DNA of 30,164 nucleotides from Octopus sinensis (Eukaryota): NCBI RefSeq assembly GCF_006345805.1, contig NW_021827588.1, positions 1 to 30,164 of the forward strand, read 5' to 3'. Shown piece by piece: positions 1 to 10,736 of this stretch (position 1 is its first letter; each line of letters starts with the position of its first letter). The notes under the pieces were generated by a model. It saw only the letters and a program-made list of their open reading frames with translations, ran no database searches and was not told where the DNA came from. The position numbers and the translations under genes were made by a program.

Positions 1-209
1 GGTAAGCAAGAGCTTCTAACACATTTATTCAAATTTGGTTTTGTTCCAAACATTCGATTTTATCGCATGTATTATACGTCACCATGATCAACAGTGTTTT
101 ACTTGTGACCCACAATATACTAATTCATACCTTCGACGAAATGCTTAAGTGTTTTATCAATGTTTTATTATACAAAGGACAAACAAACCCATATAAAGAT
201 AAAGAGAGA

Positions 210-212
<3 letters not shown>

Positions 213-247
<35 letters not shown>

Positions 248-305
248 TATATATATATATATACATACATACCTATATATATATATATATAAATATATAC
301 ATACA
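213..305. repeat. (TA)n/(TACA) microsatellite
   Basis: Direct reading. Confidence 0.95.
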
Positions 306-349
306 CACAGAGAAGGATAAGATCAATATTTAAATATCGATTTTATCAG

Positions 350-380
350 GTGGCCAGCATGGGAATACAAACCATCAAAG
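350..380 (+). CDS. Possible 31-nt internal micro-exon of a host gene
   Basis: ttttatcAG at 348-349 and GTaaca at 381. Phase 0->1 reading VASMGIQTIK(G) would join in frame to 3088-3140. A GTAAG donor-like motif also sits at 2-6. No homology recognised. Confidence 0.15.
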
Positions 381-640
381 GTAACAATTATTTAAAATTA
401 TAATATAGGGTAATAGCAGTCAAATCTTGACTCTAGAGCCACATTAAATGTTCATATAGCACCAGGAGAGAAGACGAAGAGACAAAATAGAATAGCAAAC
501 ATTTCTGGATAATTCCAGATCCCGGATTTCTGACTCTGCTTAAGAAATGCTCTGCCTTCATCAGTGGAATATACTCAGAAAAGCAAATAAATACAAATAT
601 ATGCATATACAACATACAATATACTTACATATACGAATGT

Positions 641-730
<90 letters not shown>

Positions 731-731
731 G
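641..731. repeat. (TA)n microsatellite
   Basis: Direct reading. Confidence 0.95.
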
Positions 732-839
732 AGCGTGTATATATAAATCAAGGCGGCTATCAGCATTTTAAGACCAACAGGGAAATAATTCACAATCACT
801 AAAGGTGACAAGAGTGCAGTGAGCACCAGCATTATTAGA

Positions 840-1050
840 AATATTAGTCATAGACTATTTCGTTTTGGGATTTGGTTTGCAAGATTCTTTATATGAGTTC
901 GTGTGTTGAAGCATATTCTGTTCTGTCTGGGGATAGCCATTTTCTTTTTGTGTCTTATAATTCCACAGACTCACCGGTAACATTTCAACGTATTTCTTAT
1001 TTTTATTTTCCTAAAACTTTTCGTTGAGTCTTGCAAACTTTTACCAGTGA
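840..1050. mobile_element. Unclassified interspersed repeat, homologous to the reverse complement of ~26695-26830
   Basis: attctgttctgtctggggatagccatttctttttgtgtcttataattccacagactcaccggtaacatttcaacgtatttcttatttttattttcctaaaacttttcgttg aligns by eye with the reverse complement of 26700-26825. Confidence 0.7.
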
Positions 1051-2561
1051 TTGTGTTAAATTATAGTCATAGACACCTTAGCCATAAAATACACATGGTG
1101 CATTGACAGGGGGGGGGAGCAACATTCCGCACGGTAAGCCAGATGGATTAGATTAGCATGGTAATTTCTTATAGGAAGTTAATACTCATCAGCAATGCTC
1201 ACTCCATTACGGCTGGTGGAGGCTAACTCACGCCTCTCAGTATCATTGAGAATGACATAAAAATGAGTGATTGATTTCACAAAATGGCAATGTGAAGATT
1301 ATAAAATATTGAAGGTAGCTAACACACATTTTAAAACCAACCAGGTAATTATATATATATAAAATGTATATAAAAACTTATACACGGAGGGAAGACCACC
1401 ATGTGGATTTCTTACATGCTAAAGAGGGCAAGCCACGGTACTGGACGAATATGTTCTTAACACTAACTTTTAGTCACCCGCTTGTAGTTTTAGCCTTCTT
1501 CACTAATTCTGTTCTCAACCATACTGAATGCGGTTATTTTACCTATGATGATCCAATCCTAAGCTATATTTGAATATAGAAATAATTGAAACAAAACAAT
1601 TAATCTCTTTAAGTGTTCAAAGTCAACTGCGGCGCAATATCTCCAAAGTTTTGAACAAATTCCAACATGAATTTGCTTGATGAAAGTAAGTATCATGTTT
1701 CTTCATTTTTTTAACACGATTACCGTCATAATTAGCTTCATCAATCACCATTACCAACCTCTTCGTCGTTGTCGTCATCATCAACCACAACGGATGATAT
1801 CTTAGGACACCCACGCGTGCACGCAAGCGCACAGACTCCCTCTCTCTCATACATACAACTATTTATTTACATTTTCTCAAAGCTTGGATAATTTCAATAA
1901 ATCAGCATTTTATTTTGCGCTTTTCCGTTTCTTGTCCCTTCGGAACGGTTTGTCTAACCGAGGGCAAAAATGTTTTCTTCTAATTTTGTATAGAAGTAGA
2001 AGATGCAGACTCTACTGGGCAGAATAATTCACACAATTCCAGTACTTTCTTTAATTCACTCAGGAAAATTATTCAATGCTGCAAATAATTTTCCTCGGCG
2101 AAAATTCATTTTGTTCGACGTGATCATATTAATTTTTGAATTAGGATCGATAGATACACACACAGCTCATACGCTTTAACTCATCTCTAAGAGATATAAA
2201 AGAGGAATAAATCACATCCCATTGCCGAACAATGATATAATTTTTTTCACTTCGTTTCCATTCATTTCATTTTACCACTGCCAAATCAATATAAAGTCTA
2301 TCTATTTCCAGCATAAAAGAGGTTTATGCGCATCCGGTCAGTATGTCTAAGTAGTGGTCAATATTGAGGAAATGCAACAATAGAGGCCGCGAAACAGACA
2401 TTAACATTTTTACGAGTCAAATCCCGTAACAAATTATATATTGCTCGGGAAAATGTAAAAATATATATACATATACACATACATATTTCGGGATGGTCAT
2501 GTTATTTATTATTTAAAAAAAATATAAATGAATAAATATATGTGTGCATATATATATTGTG

Positions 2562-2770
2562 TGCCCAGGTAGAGTATACGGGGATCTCTACGTACAACAG
2601 TGTTCGGGCAAACAGATCACATTGGCATAATTTGAAGAACGCTGTCGAAGTAGTTTCTCATGGATTCAGATCTACGTTTCGAGCATTGTCTTCTGTGAAA
2701 TATACACGCTGGCCATTTTCAAGATGTGCAGATAGATTTTAGGAAAGTGTTCCTACATGTAAACAGGATG
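2562..2770 (-). mobile_element. Helitron RepHel fragment (pseudogene)
   Basis: Minus strand reads HLENGQRVYFTEDNARNVDLNP*ETTSTAFFKLCQCDLFARTLLYVEIPVYSTW. This matches the Helitron motif HLENGQRVYF...TTLTAFF.LC..D.FARTLLY.E.P.YYTW. In-frame stop at 2658-2660. Confidence 0.9.
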
Positions 2771-3087
2771 TGACATTTGTGTTGACAGTGTGTTTGTCTC
2801 AAAGCAGAACCGTCCTTCCATCAGCGCTTGTCAATTGGCTGAAGTAACATGAAAGGCATCGTCATTCATGGTATATTCGTGAATAAGTCACAAACTGAAA
2901 TACGTTGATCTATTGTTTAGGGAAATATTATTTACTTGTTTAAGGGTTGTACTGGATACATAGCGAAAACAGCTCTAACAGTTCAAATAGTAACAATTAA
3001 ACATATATATATATATACAAATTCATACTATCCGGTAATTAATGTGCTTAAACTTTTATATTTTATGTTTTTTCATTATGTTTCCAG

Positions 3088-3140
3088 GTTCAAGTACTGG
3101 TAATGGAACAGAGGATAGAACAGCAGAAACAAACTTTTGA
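3088..3140 (+). CDS. Possible terminal coding exon of a host gene entering from the left
   Basis: Good acceptor ttttttcattatgtttccAG (3086-3087). Phase-1 reading (G)SSTGNGTEDRTAETNF*; phase-0 alternative VQVLVMEQRIEQQKQTFE*. AT-rich UTR-like sequence with AATAAA follows. Confidence 0.3.
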
Positions 3141-3201
3141 GTGAAAATCGAAAAAGAGCCTCCAAGAATCGTCTTTGATGATATTTTATGCTATAAAACG
3201 A

Positions 3202-3425
3202 TATTTTCTGCATATATAATACAAAATAAAATTTTCTGCATATATAATATAAAATTATATTTTCTTCATATATAATATAAAATTATATTTTCTGCATATA
3301 TAATTTGAAATGATCATTTCTCAATATAAAATATGAAATAATATTTTCTTCATATATAATATAAAATTATATTTTTTCCATATATAATATGAAATAATAT
3401 TTCTCCATATATATATAAAATATTT
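3202..3425. repeat. AT-rich minisatellite, ~28-bp unit (attttctgcatatataatataaaattat), about 8 degenerate copies
   Basis: Direct reading of the recurring ttttct(g/t)catatataatat(a/g)aaat. Confidence 0.85.
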
Positions 3426-4221
3426 TGTCTTTGTAACGACACTATAATTGTACGTTTCAATACAACACTATGCATGCAAGAGACTGTATAATCCACCATA
3501 ATGTAATTTCCACAAGTTTCAGGGCCTCACTATGGCTTGAAACAGAAAATATTGCATGATTTGAAATTATATTGATATTCTATCTTCTTGCCAATTTAAT
3601 GTTATCAATGTAAGCTTTAGAATTGTTAAATAAAGGATTAAATCTGATCTGTTGCTACCGTTCTTTTTCTAGATGCAATACTGTAATACCGCAGACTAAG
3701 ATCAAATACCACCGGAAGAGGCATTGATTCCATTTGTTATTTTAAACATTCCACTAAAATGTTAAAACTTGCAAAATGTATCATGTTGATTAGATTTACG
3801 ATCATTTATCTAATTAGTATTATCAGGTCATTCAACTGTCATTGTTCAAGTAATCAACATTTCACAAACAGCTACATTCCAATCAAAGCACCGGACGTAG
3901 ATTCGTTTTCTACACGTTCATGTCTACTTTCACTCCATCAATGTTACACTTACACGAGACTGCGCACGCCTCAATGTCTTCATTGAAATAGTTTCTTAGT
4001 TATACTCTCTACATGATATTCAGGCCCATTAGGCCGCAGTCTCTTTCGGTATCCAACATATTCCAACACCCGGGGATAGAAGACACTCCACTAAAAGAGA
4101 TGCCAGTCTGTTGCAAGTTTAACCCCTGGTTGTTGCTGGTATTTCTTCTCAGATGACTGCACTGGAAGTGTTTTTCTCGTGGACAGAACTCACCGAACCA
4201 ATAGTCCATGTGTCTATTTCT

Positions 4222-4285
4222 GTGTGTGTGTGTGTTGTGTTGTGTGTGTGTGGTGCGTGCTTGTCTGTCTATGTATGTGTGTGTG
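4222..4285. repeat. (GT)n-rich microsatellite
   Basis: Direct reading. Confidence 0.85.
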
Positions 4286-5043
4286 CTTTTTAGCTCTTCT
4301 GTTTTCCGGATCATTGGTCGCTCTCTTGCCAGCCGGAACACCGCTCCGCCCTTCTTTTATACTCTGCTTGTTGCTGTTAAAAGATATATGGAGCCGTTTA
4401 TCGTAACATCTCTGTCATTTCTACCACTTATTATATGGCCTGTGGTTTTAGATGTCTTGGTACATCGACTGAACTAAGGAATTATTTATTAGTTTCCTCC
4501 TAATTAGATGGTCGCACCATTTCACTCTCTTCCATCTGACTACTTCAGTTCTGGTTTATGTCATGTAAATAACGTTTCTTATACAAATTACGCCACTCTC
4601 ATTATAATATCTCTTTAGTTTTAAACACATTTTAATAACCACTTACGTATGTGTTTCTAGACCCTGATTAGAGAAGCAAAAATGTGCAACCTATCAATGC
4701 AACCCTGGCTGATGTCCTACAAGCTCCAGATCCTGTTTCAAATCTCTCAAATGCTATACATGCTAGCGTGACCTGTCTTTTCTAACCTGTGTGTCTAGTG
4801 CGACGGGTACTACACAGCTCTCTTTGACATGTTCAACATAAGAACCATTCAGTGTGATTATTTCCTTTGCGTTGTGTAATTAATCTGTATATAATGCTAT
4901 TCATTTTCATAGCCCATTTTCCCCATATTTCGTCTGAGACCATCAATATTAGGTTTGCTTCCCAACCGCATAATTCCGTTTTTATTTTCGGTCTCATCGT
5001 GTGACATGGCACTTTGGGCAATTTTCACCATACTTAGAAAAAA

Positions 5044-5125
5044 GTACTAGAGTCAATTCGTTCGACAAAAAGTTATTCCAGGGGCCCTCATCCAGCATGG
5101 CTGCAGTCTCATGACTGAAATAAAG
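5044..5125 (+). mobile_element. 3' fragment of a tRNA-derived SINE
   Basis: ccagcatggctgcagtctcatgactgaaa matches the 3' end of the longer copy at 28854-29232. Confidence 0.7.
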
Positions 5126-5261
5126 GAAAAAGTTTTAAAATATATATTTCCTCACTTCGTTATTATCTGTGAACACATATTTTCTCTATTCTCCTTTCAG
5201 TGAAGAAAACACATCTGTCTCCATGACATTTCTCCTTCACTCACTCTCTATCTCTTTTGCT

Positions 5262-5264
<3 letters not shown>

Positions 5265-5301
<37 letters not shown>
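5265..5301. repeat. (CT)n microsatellite
   Basis: Direct reading. Confidence 0.95.
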
Positions 5302-5306
<5 letters not shown>

Positions 5307-5518
5307 TTTGCCTCTCCCATACACTTTCCTCATCAGTCCATGCTTCTCTCTCTCTCATATCACATGTTGCTTCCCTGCGCGTGGAGAATTAATCCAGCAA
5401 AGACGTTCAACATTTTTATAATTGTTTTTCATCTCCGCTGTTTCGTTTAACATATTTTCTCTCTTCATTGTGAACCACAAACATAATCATTCTTCATTAT
5501 TTTCACACCATAACTTAC

Positions 5519-5651
5519 TTCTCCTTGATCTGTTTCTCTCTGCCTTTCGGTCCTGATATGGCCCCTCCTCCATACCGTTGCCCACAAATTCCATAGGTTC
5601 TACAACGATGAGCCCCCAATATACTACAAGCACTATGGCGAACAATCTCAT
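5519..5651 (-). CDS. Possible first coding exon of a secreted precursor (signal peptide plus RSRR)
   Basis: ATG at 5651-5649 gives MRLFAIVLVVYWGLIVVEPMEFVGNGMEEGPYQDRKAERNRSRR, then a phase-1 GTAAGT donor at 5518-5513. No homology recognised. Confidence 0.25.
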
Positions 5652-6585
5652 TATGAATCTAACTCTGCAGGATCACAATGTTCAAAAACACATCTACAGA
5701 CATCTACACATCTGTGCCTTGCCTCAATATACAACACTTAACCTATATTGGGTGCTTGTCACACGTAGTTGCAGTACTTACAATCTTGTGAAAATATGAC
5801 ATACAACAGACAATTTGTAATACGTCCAGGCTGACAAGCAAGCTTTAATACGTGACTGCACGAAGATGTTGAATCCTATACAAACACAACATATAAATGG
5901 AACTTGTAGATTATAAACCGTAATGGTTAGCACAAGGTTTATCGAAGAATCAAATTCTGGATTAGTTACATCCACATCTTGGCTATGGGCTCCAAGAAGG
6001 GAAGTGCTGTTCCCTCGCATATTCCGCTATAATGCCTAGACGAATAGTAAAATTCTGACCAATAGCAATATTCTGAACATATGGACGTGATAGATGTGTA
6101 GCGAGACCAATTTCTATTATTGTATATTTGGAAACATTAAGTTAGTTTCTGAAAGCTCACCACGCTACTCTGTTGAGATAGGTTAAAATAACTATCATAA
6201 AATTATTGGACATTTATTGAACCCTGTGTTGTGATCAGCTGAGTGTTGCGCCGGCGCTGGATCGAAGGTCTAATAACGTTACGCGTTATATATTTCTGGA
6301 ACCTCATTTCTTTTCATAAATTGGTGCCATAAATTATTTACGAGTCAGAGAGGTGAGAGTCATTCATCGAGGCGAAGTATGCGGATTCTGCCGTTTTCAG
6401 CATTAATTTGCTTACTCCATCTAATTTTTGAGAGCGGTCGAGTTCACTTTTAGTATTCTCGTTTGTGAGAGCAGTCGAGTTTATTTCAGATATTCTCATT
6501 CTAAAAATCATCTCTGGCTCATCGTTGAGTGGATGTTGGTATTGTCTCGGTGGAGGTTTGCACATTTTAAGTGCTCTACAGTTTA

Positions 6586-6607
6586 TTGTTGTTGTTGTTG
6601 CTGCTTC

Positions 6608-6639
<32 letters not shown>

Positions 6640-6643
6640 ATGA
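6586..6643. repeat. Compound trinucleotide tract (TGT)n-(TGC)n-(TGA)n
   Basis: Direct reading. Confidence 0.9.
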
Positions 6644-7028
6644 TATACAAGGTAATTCGGTAAACTGAAAATATCATTTCAGTCACCTATTCGATTGATT
6701 TATTTACAGAGTAATTCAGTTAACTGAAAGTACCTTTTCAGTTATCCATTCGGATGTTTAATTTAAAGAGTTTACAGGTTTATCCGTGATCCATCCTTGC
6801 CTCATTCGTTACTGTTGTGGAAGGATTCCGACAACTCCCATATGATTAAAAGTGAATTGTCACAACATTTGCTATGAATAAAGAACTGTCGAGTTATCAG
6901 CAGTTCGCTGTGAGCCGTGTAACCTCGTATAACAGGAAGCCTCGTGCGTTCGTGTAAATACTTCGTTAAATTATTTATCAAACATACAAGGATATAAAAG
7001 TTACTTATAAAGGAAATATACTTACACC

Positions 7029-8130
7029 ATACCTCACGTTTTTGACAGTATCCGCGGAAGGAAGAGACTTGTGGATGACATGAATTACATATTATGAAGC
7101 ACAGAAACAAAACGCTGATGAATCTAAGACTTACAGGAAATTCGAAATTATGTCCTGTAACGCTCGAGTGCACATTAGGATACATGATGAAGATCATACC
7201 ATAATTCAGCACATTGGTGAAGATCCTCATTGTTCATGTGCTTCAAAATCCATGCATCATATTCAGGTGGGGTTATTCAGTGTTCCGCAGTTGTTTGCAT
7301 TACCCCCACCCAAAAATAAACTTACAGCCGCCTTTTTTATAAGCTAAATGAATTACTCCAAAGACTGAGCCCTGAAGATTTTATGAGGGATTTTGAAAAA
7401 GCTCTTATTAATAGCATTGTATCTGTTTCCTACTACTTCCATCTCATGCTGTCTTTTTCATCTATCACAAAATATATACAGAAAACATGTGAATTTGGCT
7501 TGAAGGACAGATACCATCGTTATAATGAGTTTAGCATTAAAATCAGAGGTTTTTAAGCATTGCTAATTCTTCGTCTCGATGATGAGATTGACGGAGTCGA
7601 AAATCTTGTAGATGACGATGATCTTCCGCAAGAACTTGTGACCTACTTTAGATTATCGTACCTATGATAAGTGTGAAGTAAAGGAATGAGACCACGAAGG
7701 ACTTCTCCCTAGTTTCCCATTGTCGAACATCTTGTAGATGACGATGATCCTCCTGCTAGAACTTGTGACCTACTTTGGATTATCGTACCTAAGAAGAGTG
7801 CAAAGTAAAGGAATCAGACTACAAAGGACTTCTCCCTAGTTTCCTATTGGTAGTTGGAATGTCCGCTTTAAAACAGAATCGGATATGCCTCGCACTAATA
7901 ACCTTTTAGAGGGATTTCACAACACCCTAAAATTTCCTTAATTTGTTCACATCCGAATATATGGAGATAATTACTGCATTGAGAAGGGAAGAACACTTGG
8001 CACAGCTGAGAAAGGTTGAATTTGATGGAGCTGGGATCTGCGAGACCAAACAAAAATAAAAGAAAGAATATAAGCAAACGGATAAGTATTGAGCGACATA
8101 GTCCCGAAAATAGGATGGATTTTATATGAG
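7029..8130 (+). mobile_element. Decayed Mutator-like (MULE) transposase with N-terminal FLYWCH-type domain
   Basis: Frameshifted pieces: FDSIRGRKRLVDDMNYI/YEAQKQNADESKTYRKFEIMSCNARVH...IGEDPH (FLYWCH-like); DFMRDFEKALINS/TTSISCCLFHLSQNIYRK (MULE DFE...C.FH); WNVRFKTESDMPRTNNLLEGFHN (RTNN..EG.H motif); HPNIWR/ITALRREE. Multiple stops and a large internal deletion. Confidence 0.9.
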
Positions 8131-8220
8131 CAATAGCCCCTAACCTTCATTAGTAATAATTTTAGGTTTTACTCGACTTTTTATTTCATCCTTATTCAAC
8201 GTTTTATTTTTTCTAATATC

Positions 8221-8295
8221 GGGAGTGAAATTGACTGGTAGTCAAATTACCGGAGTCAAAATACCGGGTGTGAAGTTATCAGGATTCAAATTACC
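8221..8295. repeat. Five degenerate ~15-bp tandem units (ggagtcaaattacc-like), probable MULE subterminal array
   Basis: gggagtgaaattgact / ggtagtcaaattacc / ggagtcaaaatacc / gggtgtgaagttatc / aggattcaaattacc, about 90 bp after the MULE ORF end. Confidence 0.65.
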
Positions 8296-8999
8296 TGTCG
8301 CCAATTCAGTCGATGTCTGAGGGATACGGGTTCGAGTGCAACTTTTTTCCATCTCATAAGGGTACCCAGTCTTTCTCTGCTATCTCTACAGCTTTACTGG
8401 GTTTGAAATGTCCTTCCTTATCTGCAAGGTATCGCGTTTAAAATGGTTAAGTATGTTATCATTTATTTATGCAGAAGAGATAACATTACATGACAGGGAG
8501 TAGCTTTAATGGAAGAAAAACATTCGCAAAATATATAAATTCCTACGTCTCTTATTAAGAGAGACTAATGAGTGTTTCTCTCGATGCCACAGGGAATGTT
8601 AACCATCTTCTAAATTTATGTCCCAGATTCCAGATACAGTTTTGAAGAATCACATGAATACTTTGATCACCTATAAACAAAAAGAAACTTGTTACTATGG
8701 AATTGCTTCAACGTAACCATTGGAGACCTCCGCTTCAATGAAGAAGCAGGCTGAAGCAAGAACTGACCAAATGCTATAGAAAGATAAAGCTTTAGCAAAC
8801 CAAAAGAGAAGCGAGCATAATTACTACGTTTGTGTGCAATAAGGGGTCTCATGATAACAAACACTGTGTCCGGAAAAGAATGTCTGGAAGCTAAATCAAT
8901 ATATATATTATTCTTCAATTCATTACTTTGAACAACGATCGTCAAGTTTGCTTTGGCAATTCTAAAGATATTTTGGTGTCACGAATTGTGTCACCAAAA

Positions 9000-9838
9000 C
9001 AGATAAAATAACCTTTAAAGTTCAATACCTGAACTTCAAATTTTACTATCCAACATATACAAAACGCAATATCCCATACAACCTAGCCGAGAAAATGTGT
9101 ACGTTTGTGGAGGATGTGAGAATCAGAGACAAAAGCCTAACAAAACTAAAAGAATCTCTACTCAAGCAAAAATATCCGTCTCTACTCATAGAAAATGGTG
9201 TACAGCTTGATATAGAAATACCCATACAAGAACTTAGGGCCACCCGAGGATGAGGAAAACGAGAACAGATCATACCAGTTATAGTGGCACACAACACATG
9301 TTACCGGAATACCTTAAGCATTGCAAATCAAACTTGCCGATCATTATTCAAAGTAATGAATTAGAAGATATAATCACGGATGGAGTAATGGCTCTAAGTA
9401 AAAGACAGTCGAAAGACTTGAAACATTTAATAAAGGCAAAGTGTGATCTTAGCAACAATACGAATCATTCATTGTGTCTAAGTACAATGATAATCGATGT
9501 GGGACATGTCAGTTCATACATATCGGTCAATATTGGAACAAAAAATAAACGGAAGAATATTTGCAAATGTAAATATGAACTGCAAAAGCAGAAATTTAAT
9601 TTATTGCATCAAATGCCAGAATTCTGAAGAGATATACGTTGGCCAGACTTGGAATGCACTAGTGGAACGGTCACGTGTGCTCCAACAGTAAATAAGAGAT
9701 CCTGATGTCGGCCAGATGATCCCTTTAACCGACCACTGGCAACTTGTGGTCTACACAACTGAAGACAAGGCGAGAGAAACGTTAGAGAGAAAAAATTTAT
9801 TGATAAACTGAAACCATTTTTAAATGGGCAAAACTAAT
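9000..9838 (+). mobile_element. Penelope-like element 3' part (RT thumb/linker plus GIY-YIG endonuclease), decayed
   Basis: QYLNFKFYYPTYTKRNIPYNLAEKMCTFV...LKESLLKQKYPSLLIENG...IPIQELR; SKRQSKDLKHLIKAK; MNCKSRNLIYCIKCQNSEEIYVGQT (GIY-YIG N-terminal motif); ends IDKLKPFLN. Frameshifts and stops throughout. Confidence 0.9.
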
Positions 9839-9865
9839 AATAGGTATAGTAACGGTGATGACTGG

Positions 9866-10109
9866 AATGATGATGATGATGATGATGATTATGATGATGA
9901 TGATAATAATAATAATAATAATAATAATAATATTAATAATAATAAGAAGAAGAAGAATAATAATGATGATGATAATAATAATAATAATAATAATGATGAT
10001 GATGATGATGATGATGATAATAATAATAATAATGATGGTGATAATAATAATAATAATGATGATGATGATGATAATAATAATAATAATAACAATGATAATA
10101 ATGGTAATG

Positions 10110-10140
<31 letters not shown>

Positions 10141-10252
10141 TAATAATAATAATAATAATATAATAATAATAAGAGTAATAATAATAATGATGATGATAAT
10201 AATAATAATGATAATAATAATAATGATGATAATAATAATAATAACAATGATG

Positions 10253-10325
<73 letters not shown>

Positions 10326-10413
10326 TAATAATAATAATAATGATAATAATAATGATAATATTAATAATAATAATAATGATAATAATGATAATAATAATAA
10401 TAATAATGATAAT

Positions 10414-10447
<34 letters not shown>

Positions 10448-10665
10448 TAATAATGATAATAATAATAATAATAATAATAATATGATAATAATAATAATAA
10501 TGATAATAATAATGATAATATTAATAATATAATAATGATAATAATGATAATAATAATAATAATAATGATAATAATATAATAATATAATAATAATAATAAT
10601 AATAATAATTATAATAATAATAATAATAATGATATATAATAATAATGATGATGATGATAATAATG

Positions 10666-10736
<71 letters not shown>
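9866..10736. repeat. Long imperfect (AAT/GAT)n microsatellite
   Basis: Direct reading. Confidence 0.98.

Noticed and set aside
1620-1860. Possible unclassified interspersed repeat or ORF
   Set aside because: No second copy in the window and no protein motif, so it cannot be supported from this sequence alone.
4009-4341. 110-aa minus-strand ORF
   Set aside because: Runs through a (CA)n tract, has no recognisable motif, and has no compatible splice phase with the 5519 donor.
6338-6565. 75-aa minus-strand ORF (MCKPPPRQ...)
   Set aside because: No recognisable domain or convincing splice sites, and the length is within chance expectation.
6650-8300. Intact MULE terminal inverted repeats
   Set aside because: The 15-bp array at 8221-8295 has no clear inverted counterpart on the left.
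8392-8428. Plus-strand 37-nt exon candidate after a pyrimidine tract
   Set aside because: Weak donor (GTATCG) and no supporting context.
8553-8669. Strong minus-strand acceptor (tttctttttgtttatAG) with a 38-codon open frame
   Set aside because: No good donor before the stop, no homology, and such acceptors are frequent in T-rich DNA.
9762-9790. CTGAAGA...GAAA hammerhead-like core
   Set aside because: No stem II pairing, and it lies within the GIY-YIG coding remnant.
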